DNA of 64,000 nt, from IMG/VR virus record IMGVR_UViG_3300020048_000028; one strand, given 5' to 3'. This document shows positions 8,854-18,763 of the stretch, one piece after another. A model generated the notes under the pieces. It made no database searches, was not told the DNA's origin, and saw only the letters and a list, made by a program, of their open reading frames with translations. Both the position numbers and the translations under genes were made by a program. Numbering within the stretch: the stretch's first letter is position 1; each line of letters begins with the position of its first letter. Source of the DNA: an uncultured virus (IMG/VR IMGVR_UViG_3300020048_000028). Taxonomy: Duplodnaviria; Heunggongvirae; Uroviricota; Caudoviricetes.

Positions 8854-9678
8854 ATGATTTGGGTTCAGCACGATTTATATAAAAATTTTACGCAAAGCGT
8901 AAAATCAGGTGATATGTACATATCCCTTGATATTTTTCGTAGTGAACTTAGTGATTTGCTTACATATAATTCAAAATCTCTTTTTAGTCTTTTTGAAAAA
9001 TTAAATATTAAATATAAAAAAAAAGCATCATATTCTGAACTTTTAGATGTTATATTAAAAGAAATTAAATCAAATGATAAATTCATAAAAGGAATTTCTT
9101 TTTTAATGGTAGAAGGTTCTGATGCAGTTAAAAAAAATAAAAAAGTTCCTTTTATTAAAATACTAAATAGTGTAACTAAAGGTATTAAATTAATAGCTCA
9201 ATATTTTAAAGACTATCCTGCAAAGGAAAGTTTATTTAAAAGGAAAACTCTTGAAATGCTTGGATTGAAATCATCAATTACAGGCAATGATAGTAGGGAA
9301 TTAAAAAAGAAAGACAACACAGTTCTTTGGATTTTAGGAATAGCAGCCGTTGGTGTAGCAGGATATTTTATTTATAAATATTTTGATAAACAAAAAGAGG
9401 CAAGATTAAAAGCTGAAAGTTTAAATAGAATGAATATGATGGCTAACGGTGGAGCAATAACTCCTGAAGTTTTGCCGATTGAAAATTTAAACATACCTCC
9501 TTTAGCTCCTATCCCACCTGCTCCAATAGACCCTGCATATATAGTTCCAACAGATGTACTCTTACCTGAAATAGCTCCGCCAATAGCTCCTCCAATAGCA
9601 ACAGCTAATCCTGTTCCTAATGGAATGTCGAGTGTTCAGATTAATGTTCAACCTGTAAATCAGCCCAATCAAATTTAA
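8854..9678 (+). CDS. single-TM protein with Pro-rich tail
   Basis: TM VLWILGIAAVGVAGYFIYKY; MANGG motif; start codon uncertain by a few nt. Confidence 0.65.
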   Translation: MIWVQHDLYKNFTQSVKSGDMYISLDIFRSELSDLLTYNSKSLFSLFEKLNIKYKKKASYSELLDVILKEIKSNDKFIKGISFLMVEGSDAVKKNKKVPFIKILNSVTKGIKLIAQYFKDYPAKESLFKRKTLEMLGLKSSITGNDSRELKKKDNTVLWILGIAAVGVAGYFIYKYFDKQKEARLKAESLNRMNMMANGGAITPEVLPIENLNIPPLAPIPPAPIDPAYIVPTDVLLPEIAPPIAPPIATANPVPNGMSSVQINVQPVNQPNQI

Positions 9679-9740
9679 AAATAAATAGTTAAAAAAAATA
9701 AATAGTTAAAAAATTAAATAACAATTAAAAAAAACAAAAA

Positions 9741-9956
9741 ATGAATAAGAAAACAATTTTAATCGGTTTAGGAGTTTTAGCCGTTGCAGGTATAGGATAC
9801 TATATGTGGAAGAAAAAACATGAAACTACTTCAAGTGCTGAAGGAGAAGAATACTCATGTGCCGTTAGATGTGGTAATGGTTGTTGGTATGCAAGTAGTT
9901 GTGGACTTGGTCATGGAAAAAGTCTTGGATGTGGTAAAACCAACCCCTCAGCATAA
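9741..9956 (+). CDS. small N-terminal TM, Cys-rich protein
   Basis: MNKKTILIGLGVLAVAGIGYYMWKKK, SSAEG, 5 Cys. Confidence 0.65.
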   Translation: MNKKTILIGLGVLAVAGIGYYMWKKKHETTSSAEGEEYSCAVRCGNGCWYASSCGLGHGKSLGCGKTNPSA

Positions 9957-9979
9957 AATTATAATTTAAAATTAAAAAA

Positions 9980-10675
9980 ATGAATAAGAAAACAATTTTA
10001 ATCGGTTTAGGAGTTTTAGCCGTTGCAGGTATAGGATACTATATGTGGAAGAAAAAANNNNNNNNNNATGAAACTACTTCAGGTGCTTGCGGATGTTCTG
10101 CTGCTGATGGAGAAGATGAAGAAGAATCTTCAAATGCTACGTCATATACTCAATCAGAATTGAATTGTATGACTAAGAAAATGGACGCAGGTTCTACTAT
10201 GGATGAAGCAAAAACAGCTTGTGTAGCAGTAAGAAAAGTAAAGAGAGATTCGGAACAATCTTCAAATTATTCGGGAAAAAAAAATAACTCAATAAACAGT
10301 AGTAATAATAATAACTTAAGTAGTAATCAGGTTAATATTATAACGCAAATTTTATCAAGTGTTAAACAAATAAAACCTTCAGTATCTAATCTGTCAGATA
10401 AGGCGATTAATTTAAAAAATCTTGACGGAATATTATATAATGCCCAAAATGTAACCAATGAAGTTGCTGCTAAATCAATAATTTCATTTGTATCGAAATT
10501 TAATATGCTTAATGGAAATGGTGCTGATATTTTAGTTTCAAGGCTTAAATTAATAGATGATATATCTATAATTTTGTTAAATTATTTGAAAATGTTAAAT
10601 AAAAATTCTGTTAGTTCTGCTAATGAAGAAAATGATATGGAACAATCTTCAAATTATTGGGGAGATGACGTATAG
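9980..10675 (+). CDS. N-terminal TM protein, paralogue of 9741 (spans an N gap)
   Basis: Identical first 26 aa; N run at 10058-10067 leaves the frame unverified. Confidence 0.55.
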   Translation: MNKKTILIGLGVLAVAGIGYYMWKKKXXXXETTSGACGCSAADGEDEEESSNATSYTQSELNCMTKKMDAGSTMDEAKTACVAVRKVKRDSEQSSNYSGKKNNSINSSNNNNLSSNQVNIITQILSSVKQIKPSVSNLSDKAINLKNLDGILYNAQNVTNEVAAKSIISFVSKFNMLNGNGADILVSRLKLIDDISIILLNYLKMLNKNSVSSANEENDMEQSSNYWGDDV

Positions 10676-10726
10676 CGAGCTAAAGCGAGAAATAAAATTA
10701 GAAGTTGGATTTATTAAAAACCAAAT

Positions 10727-10768
10727 AAACTTAAAGGAGGATTTTAAAGTTTTCCTTTAGGTTTTTTT
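10727..10768 (+). terminator. probable intrinsic terminator
   Basis: AAACTTAAAGGA...TCCTTTAGGTTT followed by a T run. Confidence 0.55.
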
Positions 10769-10795
10769 AAGAATAACAATTATAAAATTAAAAAA

Positions 10796-10852
10796 ATGAA
10801 TAAGAAAACAATTTTAATCGGTTTAGGAGTTTTAGCCGTACAATGTAAGTAA
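10796..10852 (+). pseudogene. truncated third copy of the MNKKTILIGLGVLAV gene
   Basis: Identical 5' DNA for 44 nt, then reads VQCK-stop. Confidence 0.65.
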
Positions 10853-10893
10853 AATTTAAGAGTAATTAACAATGAATGTGTTAGTATTTATAT

Positions 10894-11118
10894 ATGGCAA
10901 GACGTAAAAGAAAAGAAAAAAAATCCAATTTTGTAGAAGATACGAGTAGTGAATTTGCTATTTACAAGAGAGGAGCTTTTATCGGAGCTGTGTGTGGAGG
11001 AATAGCAGGTTTTTTACTCGGTAGAAAAATTGTTTTAGGTATAACGTTAGGCGGATTAATAGGTGGATATATCAGTTATGAAGTTAATAAAGATAATAAA
11101 GAATTAAAAACAAATTAA
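10894..11118 (+). CDS. small Gly-zipper 2-TM protein
   Basis: GAFIGAVCGGIAG...LGGLIGG. Confidence 0.65.
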   Translation: MARRKRKEKKSNFVEDTSSEFAIYKRGAFIGAVCGGIAGFLLGRKIVLGITLGGLIGGYISYEVNKDNKELKTN

Positions 11119-11128
11119 ATAAGAAATT

Positions 11129-12433
11129 ATGTCATCAACAACAACAACAACTAAAAGTAAAGCTGAATTAGATTTAGAAAAAAAGAAATCAGATGAGGCT
11201 TATTACGGAGGAACTCTTGGTGGTTCTAAAGGCGATTATGCTAAGGACAATCTTTGGATGTTAAAAGACGATTTGTTTACATTGACTCCAAAAGGTACTA
11301 AGCCTTCAAGGACAATGGAAAAAGTTGATGGCGATAAGCTTTTGTCAGAAGGTGATAAAATTGAAGGGGTAATAGTATATTTTTTGCCAAAAGATAAAAG
11401 CGGAAAATTGGTTGGAACTCCTAAAAGATATTTACATATTTGGAAAGGCGGAAGAACTAATAAGTTTATTGATGCTGAAAAGGTAGTGCCTTATTATCAA
11501 GATATTTTAAATAATAAATCTAAATGGATTTCATCAGGAGGTTCTGATTTAGTTGAGAAAGCTCAACAAAAATTAGGTGTTACTTCATCAGAATCTATTG
11601 CTTCTAATTTTACAGCACTTGATGATATTAATTCTCAAATGAATAATTATGGATTTAATTCTGATATAGATTTATCTAACATGAATGGACTTGATGATAG
11701 TATTTTAAATTCTATTGGTAAGTCTGAGCCTACATCTAATTATGTAGGTAATAGAGGTTATGTAGGTAATAAAAATGCTCCATTTGTAGGTAATAGAAAC
11801 GCTCCGTATAATGGAGGCAGAACGTCTAACATGATAAATGAAAATTTATTAGATGGACTAACTGAAAACACAAGACTTTTAAGTGCTGATGGAGAAGATG
11901 AAGATGAAGAATCTAACATGATAAATGAAAGTTTATTAGATGGACTAACTGAAAACACAACCCTTTTAAGTGCTGATGGAGAAGATGAAGATGAAGAAGT
12001 ATCTAATGCTTTTGGAGATTGGTTTAAAGGCTTAATTGATAAAAATAAGGAAAAACGAGATAAGCGTGCTTTAGCGAAACTATCAGACCCTAACGTTGAT
12101 ATTGTTGAGGCTGCTGATATGAGTAAAGCTTATAAAGAGAGTGGTTCTAAAAAACCTCTTAGAGATTGGATTAATTCTGATAGCGGTAAAAGTATAATAA
12201 GTACTGCTGCTCAATTAGCAAGTCTTTTTCTAAAAGGTCAAGCACAAGCTTCTGCTCCTACAACAAATAATCAAGATAATAAAGATAACCAAGATAATCA
12301 AGATAATAATAATAATAATACGCCATCAGAAACAACTATATTAGGCATGAGTCCTGTAACATTTGGTATAGTCGCTTTTGGGTTAGTTATTGTTAGCTCT
12401 ATTGTAGCTGTTAAACTTTTTAAATCTAAATAA
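11129..12433 (+). CDS. tail-anchored virion-type membrane protein (ILGM family)
   Basis: Internal DLSNMNGLDDS; 29-aa tandem repeat; C-terminal TILGMSP plus TM. Confidence 0.7.
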   Translation: MSSTTTTTKSKAELDLEKKKSDEAYYGGTLGGSKGDYAKDNLWMLKDDLFTLTPKGTKPSRTMEKVDGDKLLSEGDKIEGVIVYFLPKDKSGKLVGTPKRYLHIWKGGRTNKFIDAEKVVPYYQDILNNKSKWISSGGSDLVEKAQQKLGVTSSESIASNFTALDDINSQMNNYGFNSDIDLSNMNGLDDSILNSIGKSEPTSNYVGNRGYVGNKNAPFVGNRNAPYNGGRTSNMINENLLDGLTENTRLLSADGEDEDEESNMINESLLDGLTENTTLLSADGEDEDEEVSNAFGDWFKGLIDKNKEKRDKRALAKLSDPNVDIVEAADMSKAYKESGSKKPLRDWINSDSGKSIISTAAQLASLFLKGQAQASAPTTNNQDNKDNQDNQDNNNNNTPSETTILGMSPVTFGIVAFGLVIVSSIVAVKLFKSK

Positions 12434-13465
12434 ATGAAATTAGACTTGACAAATGCAAATAATTTAGATGTATCTCCATTCGTGGATAGGTATTCTAATA
12501 TTATAAGACTTACTGAAGCGGTTGCTCCTCCTCCGAGAGTAATCACTCAATTAGCTCCAAAAACAACATTATTGGCATCTGAAACTATTGTTCCAAAACC
12601 AAGAGTCGCACCTGCACCTGTAATACCAAGAGTTTCACCTGCACCTGCACCTGCACCTGTACCTACTACTTCTGCTGTTCCACCAAGAGGTACGACACTT
12701 CCAATGGAAACTATTGTGCCTATTACGCCACCGAGAAGTGTTAGTACAATAAATACATTTGCACCAACGGAAACTATTGTTCCTATTACACCAAGAAATG
12801 TTGTTCCGACAGGAACACTTTCGTCAGTTCCTCCAAGAACTATTGTGTTTGCTACTGCTCCTACATTAGAAAATATACCTACTTTTTTCACACCTATTAT
12901 AGTGCCTTCTACTGTGCCTACAACTTCAATTACTTCTCCAATTCCCGTTAATGCTCCTGCTAATGCTCCTATGGGTGGTGGCGGTGGTGGTGATATGGGT
13001 GGCGGAGGAGGTGGCGGTGGTGCTATGGGTGGTGGCGGAGGTGGCGGTGGTGCTGAAGAAGGTGCTGAACAAGGTGCTGAACAAGGTGCTGAACAAGGTG
13101 CTGCCGAACAAGGTGCTGCTGCTGAACAGGGTGCTGCTCAAGGTCAATTACAGCGAGTGGTGGTAATTAAGAAAAAATCATATATTGGTATTTTAGGTTT
13201 ATTACTTGGCGGAGCAGGTGGATATTTTTATGCTAAAAATAATAATAAAAATTTAATTGCATTTTCTTTAATAGGTTCTGCTATTGGTATAGCTGTGGCA
13301 TTGTTAATTGAAAATATGAAAGATAAACAAGTACCTCAAGTAGTACCTCAACCTCAACAAATACCACAAGCTAAACAAGTTCAACAAATACCACAAGCTC
13401 AACAAGTACAAGCTCAACAAGGTCAGGAAGAAGAAATTCAACTTGAGGAAGCTGCTCAACAATAA
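12434..13465 (+). CDS. Pro/Thr-rich mucin-like, Gly-rich, 2-TM protein
   Basis: P/T repeats, poly-G, GAEQ repeats, hairpin TM, Q-rich tail. Confidence 0.7.
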   Translation: MKLDLTNANNLDVSPFVDRYSNIIRLTEAVAPPPRVITQLAPKTTLLASETIVPKPRVAPAPVIPRVSPAPAPAPVPTTSAVPPRGTTLPMETIVPITPPRSVSTINTFAPTETIVPITPRNVVPTGTLSSVPPRTIVFATAPTLENIPTFFTPIIVPSTVPTTSITSPIPVNAPANAPMGGGGGGDMGGGGGGGGAMGGGGGGGGAEEGAEQGAEQGAEQGAAEQGAAAEQGAAQGQLQRVVVIKKKSYIGILGLLLGGAGGYFYAKNNNKNLIAFSLIGSAIGIAVALLIENMKDKQVPQVVPQPQQIPQAKQVQQIPQAQQVQAQQGQEEEIQLEEAAQQ

Positions 13466-13504
13466 ACTAAATAATAAGATATAATAAATTAAATAAATAA
13501 AATT

Positions 13505-14572
13505 ATGAAAACAGAATTAGACGTATCAAACATGGATGGCTTAGATGAAAGCTTATTAGATAATTATTCAAATGCGACTGCCCCAAATCCAACCATAGAT
13601 TTAGGTGATGGGTTTAGTCTTGTAGAATTGGGAGATGAGTTTATAACTAAATACAAAGACGCAGGAATAAAACGTGATTATCATAAAGATAGAGCTGACT
13701 CAATGAATCAGGTTTTAAATGATGACCGCCAAAAATGGGGTACTACGATATTAACATGGAGAGGAGAAACTATGACGAGGTCAAGATTGGCAGATTATTA
13801 TAATGCTGAGAATAGTGCTTACAAGCAATGGGCGAATGACTACTTAGTTTTAAAACAAGAAGCAGATAAAAAAGGTTTATATAAAAAATATATTGATGGC
13901 ACATATCAAAAAGGTTTTTTAATTGATGGTTCGGGTAATGTATCTTCAGGAAGGGAAAACCAATCAATCCCTTATCCAAGAGATAAAGGATTTGTAAAGG
14001 CTGATGGTAAAGGTAATTATTATTATTTTGAAGAATTATCTGAATTTATTAAAGGAGAAATAGCAAGACTTACTAAATTAAAGAATGATGCCGAAAAAGC
14101 TGCTGCTGATTTATTATCTGCTCAAAATAAATCTAATGCTGAAAAAGAACAAGCAAAAATAGCTGCCGAAGAAGCAAATAAAAAGTTTCAAAGAGAAAAA
14201 GCTGACGCTGAGGAAAAAGCAAGACAAGCAGAAAATAAAAGATTAGCAGAAGAAAAAGAAAAAGATAGAAAGTTTCAATTACAAAAGTCTGAAACTGAAT
14301 CAAAGGCAAAACAAGCAGAGCTTAAAATTGCTGAACAAAAAAGAAAGCAAGGTGAAACAGAATCTAAAGCTAAATTAAAAGTAGCAGAAAGAGAAGCTGA
14401 AACAAAAATAAGGTTAGCAGAAGATGAATCTAAAACTAAATTAAGAGTAGCAGAAACAGAAGCAAAATCTAAAGAAGTAGAAGCGAAAGCTAAAACAAAA
14501 AAAGCTATGATTATAGGTGGTTCTGTTTTAGCATTAGTTGCAGGATTTCTTATTTGGAAAAAATTTAGTTAA
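13505..14572 (+). CDS. coiled-coil tail-anchored protein
   Basis: N-terminal LDVSNMDGLDES; long E/K/A helix; C-terminal TM. Confidence 0.7.
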   Translation: MKTELDVSNMDGLDESLLDNYSNATAPNPTIDLGDGFSLVELGDEFITKYKDAGIKRDYHKDRADSMNQVLNDDRQKWGTTILTWRGETMTRSRLADYYNAENSAYKQWANDYLVLKQEADKKGLYKKYIDGTYQKGFLIDGSGNVSSGRENQSIPYPRDKGFVKADGKGNYYYFEELSEFIKGEIARLTKLKNDAEKAAADLLSAQNKSNAEKEQAKIAAEEANKKFQREKADAEEKARQAENKRLAEEKEKDRKFQLQKSETESKAKQAELKIAEQKRKQGETESKAKLKVAEREAETKIRLAEDESKTKLRVAETEAKSKEVEAKAKTKKAMIIGGSVLALVAGFLIWKKFS

Positions 14573-14583
14573 TAAATTAAAAT

Positions 14584-15252
14584 ATGAAAAAACAATTTTA
14601 TAATTATAATTCTTATTGGTATGCTTTAGCAGGCTTAGGTTTAGCTTATGTTTACCTAAAAACTTTAGGCAAGGATAAGAATTTATCTCTTGGCAAATCA
14701 CTTTTAATAGGTGGTGTAGTAGGTGGAGGTATTGGATTAGGTATTGACTTAATGAAAAACAAAAAGGAAGTTGTTGTAGTTAAGAAAAATACAGAACAAA
14801 GTTTAACGCAGTTAGCTAAGTCTATTAGCTCTGATGCGGAGGCTGAATTATCTAATTATTTATTTCTTTTAAATAAAGCAAATCTATCTGATGCCGAAAA
14901 GGAAAAAGGATATAATGTTTTAAACGGATTCTTATTAGCTAAAAAAGATAATAAGTGGGATTCTAAAGCAGATGTTCAAGGAATGAAAAAAATATTATTA
15001 TCTTATGGTGTAACCGAAGATGACTTTAAAGTATTTCAAACAATTTTAGTGAGTAGTCTTGCAACTGCAATTACAAATATATTTTCGAGAAAAGGAAATA
15101 CGGCAGATTTAAAACGAACACAAAATAATACAGCAGATTCAACACAAAATAATACAGCAGATTCAACACAAGATAATACGGTAGATTCAACACAAGGTAA
15201 TGCAGACTATTTAGATGATAATAGTGTAAATGTTATCCACTACAATAGATAG
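14584..15252 (+). CDS. 2-TM membrane protein
   Basis: N-terminal TM hairpin; C-terminal TQxNTADS repeats. Confidence 0.65.
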   Translation: MKKQFYNYNSYWYALAGLGLAYVYLKTLGKDKNLSLGKSLLIGGVVGGGIGLGIDLMKNKKEVVVVKKNTEQSLTQLAKSISSDAEAELSNYLFLLNKANLSDAEKEKGYNVLNGFLLAKKDNKWDSKADVQGMKKILLSYGVTEDDFKVFQTILVSSLATAITNIFSRKGNTADLKRTQNNTADSTQNNTADSTQDNTVDSTQGNADYLDDNSVNVIHYNR

Positions 15253-15326
15253 TAAAAAGACAACAACAAAAAATAAGACAACAAATAAAAATAAATAATA
15301 AACCAACCAACCAAAAAAGACAAATT

Positions 15327-15875
15327 ATGACACAATTAGCAAATGCAAACTTACTTGACGAAAGCGTAGCAAACAGTAGTTCTTTGAAAACAAAAAGATT
15401 AAATAGAACAGCACAAACTGCTATTAATCCAAATCAAAATCCGATTGCGAATAATCCTATGCCTCAAAATAATCAAAATCAAAATGTAATGCCTAAAGCT
15501 TCAGTCTTAAAAAAGGTAGAAGATTTAGAAGAAGAAGATGATAATGATTACAATGATGATGATTATGAAACGGATAATGAAAGACAAGATAATTATCAAA
15601 GATTTCAAAATGAATTTGTTCCAAATAAAACTGAAAACAAAGAAATTTCTAACGATAAGAAAATATTAGGAATGAAACCTGTTTTATTTTGGGCATTATT
15701 AGGGGTTGGTGCTGCCGTAGGTGCTTATTTTGGATATAAATATATTAAAAAAAGAAAATTAGGAAGTTTAGGAAGTAGTTTATCTTCTAATACAGTACCT
15801 AACAATACAGTTGCCGCAGGGGTAACAGGTGGTGCAGTTGCATCAGTACCTACTACTCCTGAAATAAAAATATAA
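15327..15875 (+). CDS. KILGM-family single-TM protein
   Basis: KKILGMKP followed by TM. Confidence 0.65.
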   Translation: MTQLANANLLDESVANSSSLKTKRLNRTAQTAINPNQNPIANNPMPQNNQNQNVMPKASVLKKVEDLEEEDDNDYNDDDYETDNERQDNYQRFQNEFVPNKTENKEISNDKKILGMKPVLFWALLGVGAAVGAYFGYKYIKKRKLGSLGSSLSSNTVPNNTVAAGVTGGAVASVPTTPEIKI

Positions 15876-15887
15876 AAACACAATACA

Positions 15888-16454
15888 ATGAATCAAAACT
15901 TTGAATTATCAAACGTAAATGGATTAGATGATAGCATCTGTAACGCAATAGGTATGGATAATAATCAGTATTCTAATATGATAAATGAAAATTTATTAGA
16001 TGGACTAACTGAAAATACAAGCCTTTTAGGTGCTGATGGTGTGGAAGATAGATACTCTAATTATACTCTAACTTCTGCTGATGTTCAAGCAGGAGCAGCT
16101 TTAGTAGGGACTATTGCTCAAGCTGCTGCGTCAAAGCCCGATGCAAGTGGTTGCAAAAAACCATCTATGCAAGAATCTTTTCTTAATAGAGGCAAGTGGT
16201 CAAAATATAAAGATTGTGTTAAGAATGCTAATGATTTAGCAGAGAAAGCTAATGCGGCAGAAAGAGAAAGAACGGAACAGCAAAGATTAAAGGTTGAACA
16301 AGCTAAATTAGCTTTACAACAATTAAATACAAGTAGAGTCAATAGAGAAGCTGACGGTAAAATTTTAGGTATGCCTAAAGGTTTAGCTATTGGTTTAGGT
16401 GTCGCTATTCTTGGAGCTGCTGTTTTTGTAACGTATAAAATAATTAAAAGATAA
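15888..16454 (+). CDS. KILGMPK tail-anchored protein
   Basis: FELSNVNGLDDS; CKKP...Y..C; KILGMPKGLAIGLG. Confidence 0.7.
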   Translation: MNQNFELSNVNGLDDSICNAIGMDNNQYSNMINENLLDGLTENTSLLGADGVEDRYSNYTLTSADVQAGAALVGTIAQAAASKPDASGCKKPSMQESFLNRGKWSKYKDCVKNANDLAEKANAAERERTEQQRLKVEQAKLALQQLNTSRVNREADGKILGMPKGLAIGLGVAILGAAVFVTYKIIKR

Positions 16455-16459
16455 AAAAT

Positions 16460-16780
16460 ATGAAAATGATGATGGAACAAGAAGAAGGTGCTGCCGTTAG
16501 AAGGGGAGCTTTAGCTGTTAAGCCCGTAACAAAATTAATGGTATTGCCTGATTCTTTAAAAGAGCAAGCAAAAAAATTAGTAGATACAACAAAGGCTAAG
16601 GAAGATACTGATAAAAACGCTAAAGAATTAGCTGATAAAAACGCTAAAGAATTAGCTGATAAATCGGCTGCTTCATCTGATAAAATTTTAGGTATGCCTA
16701 AAATGGTTGCTATTGGATTAGGTGTTGTTTTACTTGCAATAGGTGGCTTTTTTGCATATAAAAAATTTAAAAAAAAATAA
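16460..16780 (+). CDS. KILGMPK tail-anchored protein
   Basis: DKNAKELA repeats; KILGMPKMVAIGLG. Confidence 0.65.
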   Translation: MKMMMEQEEGAAVRRGALAVKPVTKLMVLPDSLKEQAKKLVDTTKAKEDTDKNAKELADKNAKELADKSAASSDKILGMPKMVAIGLGVVLLAIGGFFAYKKFKKK

Positions 16781-16806
16781 TTAAATAATAAATAANNNNN
16801 NNNNNA

Positions 16807-16837
<31 letters not shown>

Positions 16838-16848
16838 AAAATAATAAT

Positions 16849-17313
16849 ATGCAAAATTTCGATTTATCAAATCAAGAAAACTTAGACGATAACTTTTTAG
16901 GTGCAACTTTAAAAGCAAGAAAAGAAATGAAAGGCTTAACAGGCTGTAAAAAACCTATATTTATGATAGGTAAGAAAAAAAAAGCATACAATGAATGTAT
17001 CGCTAATTATAAAACTGAGGTTATAAAAAGAGCAAAAGAAGCAAAACAATTAAATGAACAATTAGCCGCTTCTTCATCAGCAGCAGCAGCAGCAGCAGAA
17101 AAAGCTAAAAAAGAATTAGAGGAAACTAAGGCAGAATTGGCGGCTTCTAAGGGTGGTTCAGGTTCTTCAAAAAAAGGTTCAGCATCATCTGAAACTGAAG
17201 AAGATGGTAAAATTTTAGGTATGTCTAAAGGTTTAGCTATTGGATTGGGAATTGGAGTTGTCGTACTTGCAGTAGGTGGCTTTGTTGTGTATAAGAAATT
17301 TATCAAAAAATAA
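16849..17313 (+). CDS. KILGM tail-anchored protein
   Basis: FDLSNQENLDD; GCKKP...YNEC shared with 15888; KILGMSKG plus TM. Confidence 0.7.
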   Translation: MQNFDLSNQENLDDNFLGATLKARKEMKGLTGCKKPIFMIGKKKKAYNECIANYKTEVIKRAKEAKQLNEQLAASSSAAAAAAEKAKKELEETKAELAASKGGSGSSKKGSASSETEEDGKILGMSKGLAIGLGIGVVVLAVGGFVVYKKFIKK

Positions 17314-17345
17314 TAAATAAAAAATAATAAATAAAAAATAAAATT

Positions 17346-18662
17346 ATGAAAAAAGAATTTGACGTATCAAACGCAGAAGGATTAGACGAAAGTATAACCG
17401 AAGATTATAGTAATTTTAATATTAAAGACCCATTAAAAGGAGCAAGAGATGCTGCTAAAAGAATAAGAGATGAAGCTAAACGAGTTCGTGATAGATTAAA
17501 AGAAGCTGCTAAAAAAGTAAAAGAAGAAGCTGAAAGAGTTGCTAAACAGGCACGAGATGCTGCTAAAAAAGCAGGAGATAAAGCTAAAGAAGTTGGCGGA
17601 AAAATTAAAAGCAAAGCTAAAGAAATTGGCGAAAAAGCCAAAGAAAGAGCTAAGAAAATTGCTACTAAAGCAAGAGATGAAGCTAAACGAGTTCGTAATA
17701 GTATAAAAGAAGTTGAAAAGAAAATAGGTAAAGAATTAAAAAGAGTTGCTACTAAGATAAAAGAGGTTGCCAAAAAAATTGGAGATAAGTTTAGAAACGC
17801 ATTTCGTAAAGTAATTCGAGGTTTGATTTTAAAATCTATTAAAGGAAATGTTCATGGTATGGCTGCAAGAATGTATGCAGCTATTGCAACTGAAGATGAA
17901 CTTAAAGCGAGAAAGTTTAAGCCGAAGTTTGCAGGAAATGCTAAAAAAGCTTATTCAACTATTCTATCGGAATGGAAAAAATTAGGTGGTTCTGAAAGTG
18001 AGCTTAACGATGCGATTGTATCAGGACACTCTAAACGAATGTTGAAAAATCCATTTAATAGAGCAGATGGAAATAATCACGATGAGTTTTATAGCTATAT
18101 TGCTTCTGAAGATTATTATCATGGAGCTGATGGCGATGCTACCGATGAAGAAAAGGAAATTGCAATCGCTGATGCTGAAAAAATGAAAGCTGATGAAGAA
18201 GCTGCTGTTGTTATAAATGAAGATGCAGCTACGGTAGAAGCTCCTGAAGCAGAAGAAAAACAGTCGGGCTTTAAAGCTTTTATTGCTAAAATCCTTTCTT
18301 TATTCAAAAAGCATAAAGCAGATGAAGCTCCTTATGAGGAAGGTACTCCCGAAGCTACTGATTTAGCAACTGATGAAAAGGCAGATGCAGGAAATAGACC
18401 TCCTGAAGGTGGAGATAGTTCAGTTCTTGATGAGTTAGATAAACACGCTGAGTCAGATGCTAATTCTGCTCCTAAGAATGAAGATGATGAAGATGATGAT
18501 GATGACGAGCCTGTAAGCAAAGACGGTAGTGGTAAAAAAACAACTGAAGATGGCGATGGTAAAATTTTAGGTATGCCTAAAGGAGTAGCTATTGGATTAG
18601 GTGTCGCTTTAGTTGCAGTAGTCGGTATAGTAGCTTTTAAATACTTTAAAGGAAAAAAATAA
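17346..18662 (+). CDS. KILGMPK tail-anchored protein with K/A-rich amphipathic repeats
   Basis: FDVSNAEGLDES; basic repeat region; WxKLGG domain shared with 24214; acidic linker; TM. Confidence 0.7.
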   Translation: MKKEFDVSNAEGLDESITEDYSNFNIKDPLKGARDAAKRIRDEAKRVRDRLKEAAKKVKEEAERVAKQARDAAKKAGDKAKEVGGKIKSKAKEIGEKAKERAKKIATKARDEAKRVRNSIKEVEKKIGKELKRVATKIKEVAKKIGDKFRNAFRKVIRGLILKSIKGNVHGMAARMYAAIATEDELKARKFKPKFAGNAKKAYSTILSEWKKLGGSESELNDAIVSGHSKRMLKNPFNRADGNNHDEFYSYIASEDYYHGADGDATDEEKEIAIADAEKMKADEEAAVVINEDAATVEAPEAEEKQSGFKAFIAKILSLFKKHKADEAPYEEGTPEATDLATDEKADAGNRPPEGGDSSVLDELDKHAESDANSAPKNEDDEDDDDDEPVSKDGSGKKTTEDGDGKILGMPKGVAIGLGVALVAVVGIVAFKYFKGKK

Positions 18663-18763
18663 TTAATCAAATTAACAATAATAAGTTAATATATTAATGA
18701 AAATACATGGATTCAGTTCATGTATTTTCCTATTTAAAAACTAAATTTAAAAAAAATAAAAAC

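Noticed and set aside
13505..14572. Tape measure or TolA assignment for the long E/K/A helix
   Set aside because: Too short, lacks tail-gene context, and the resemblance is only compositional.
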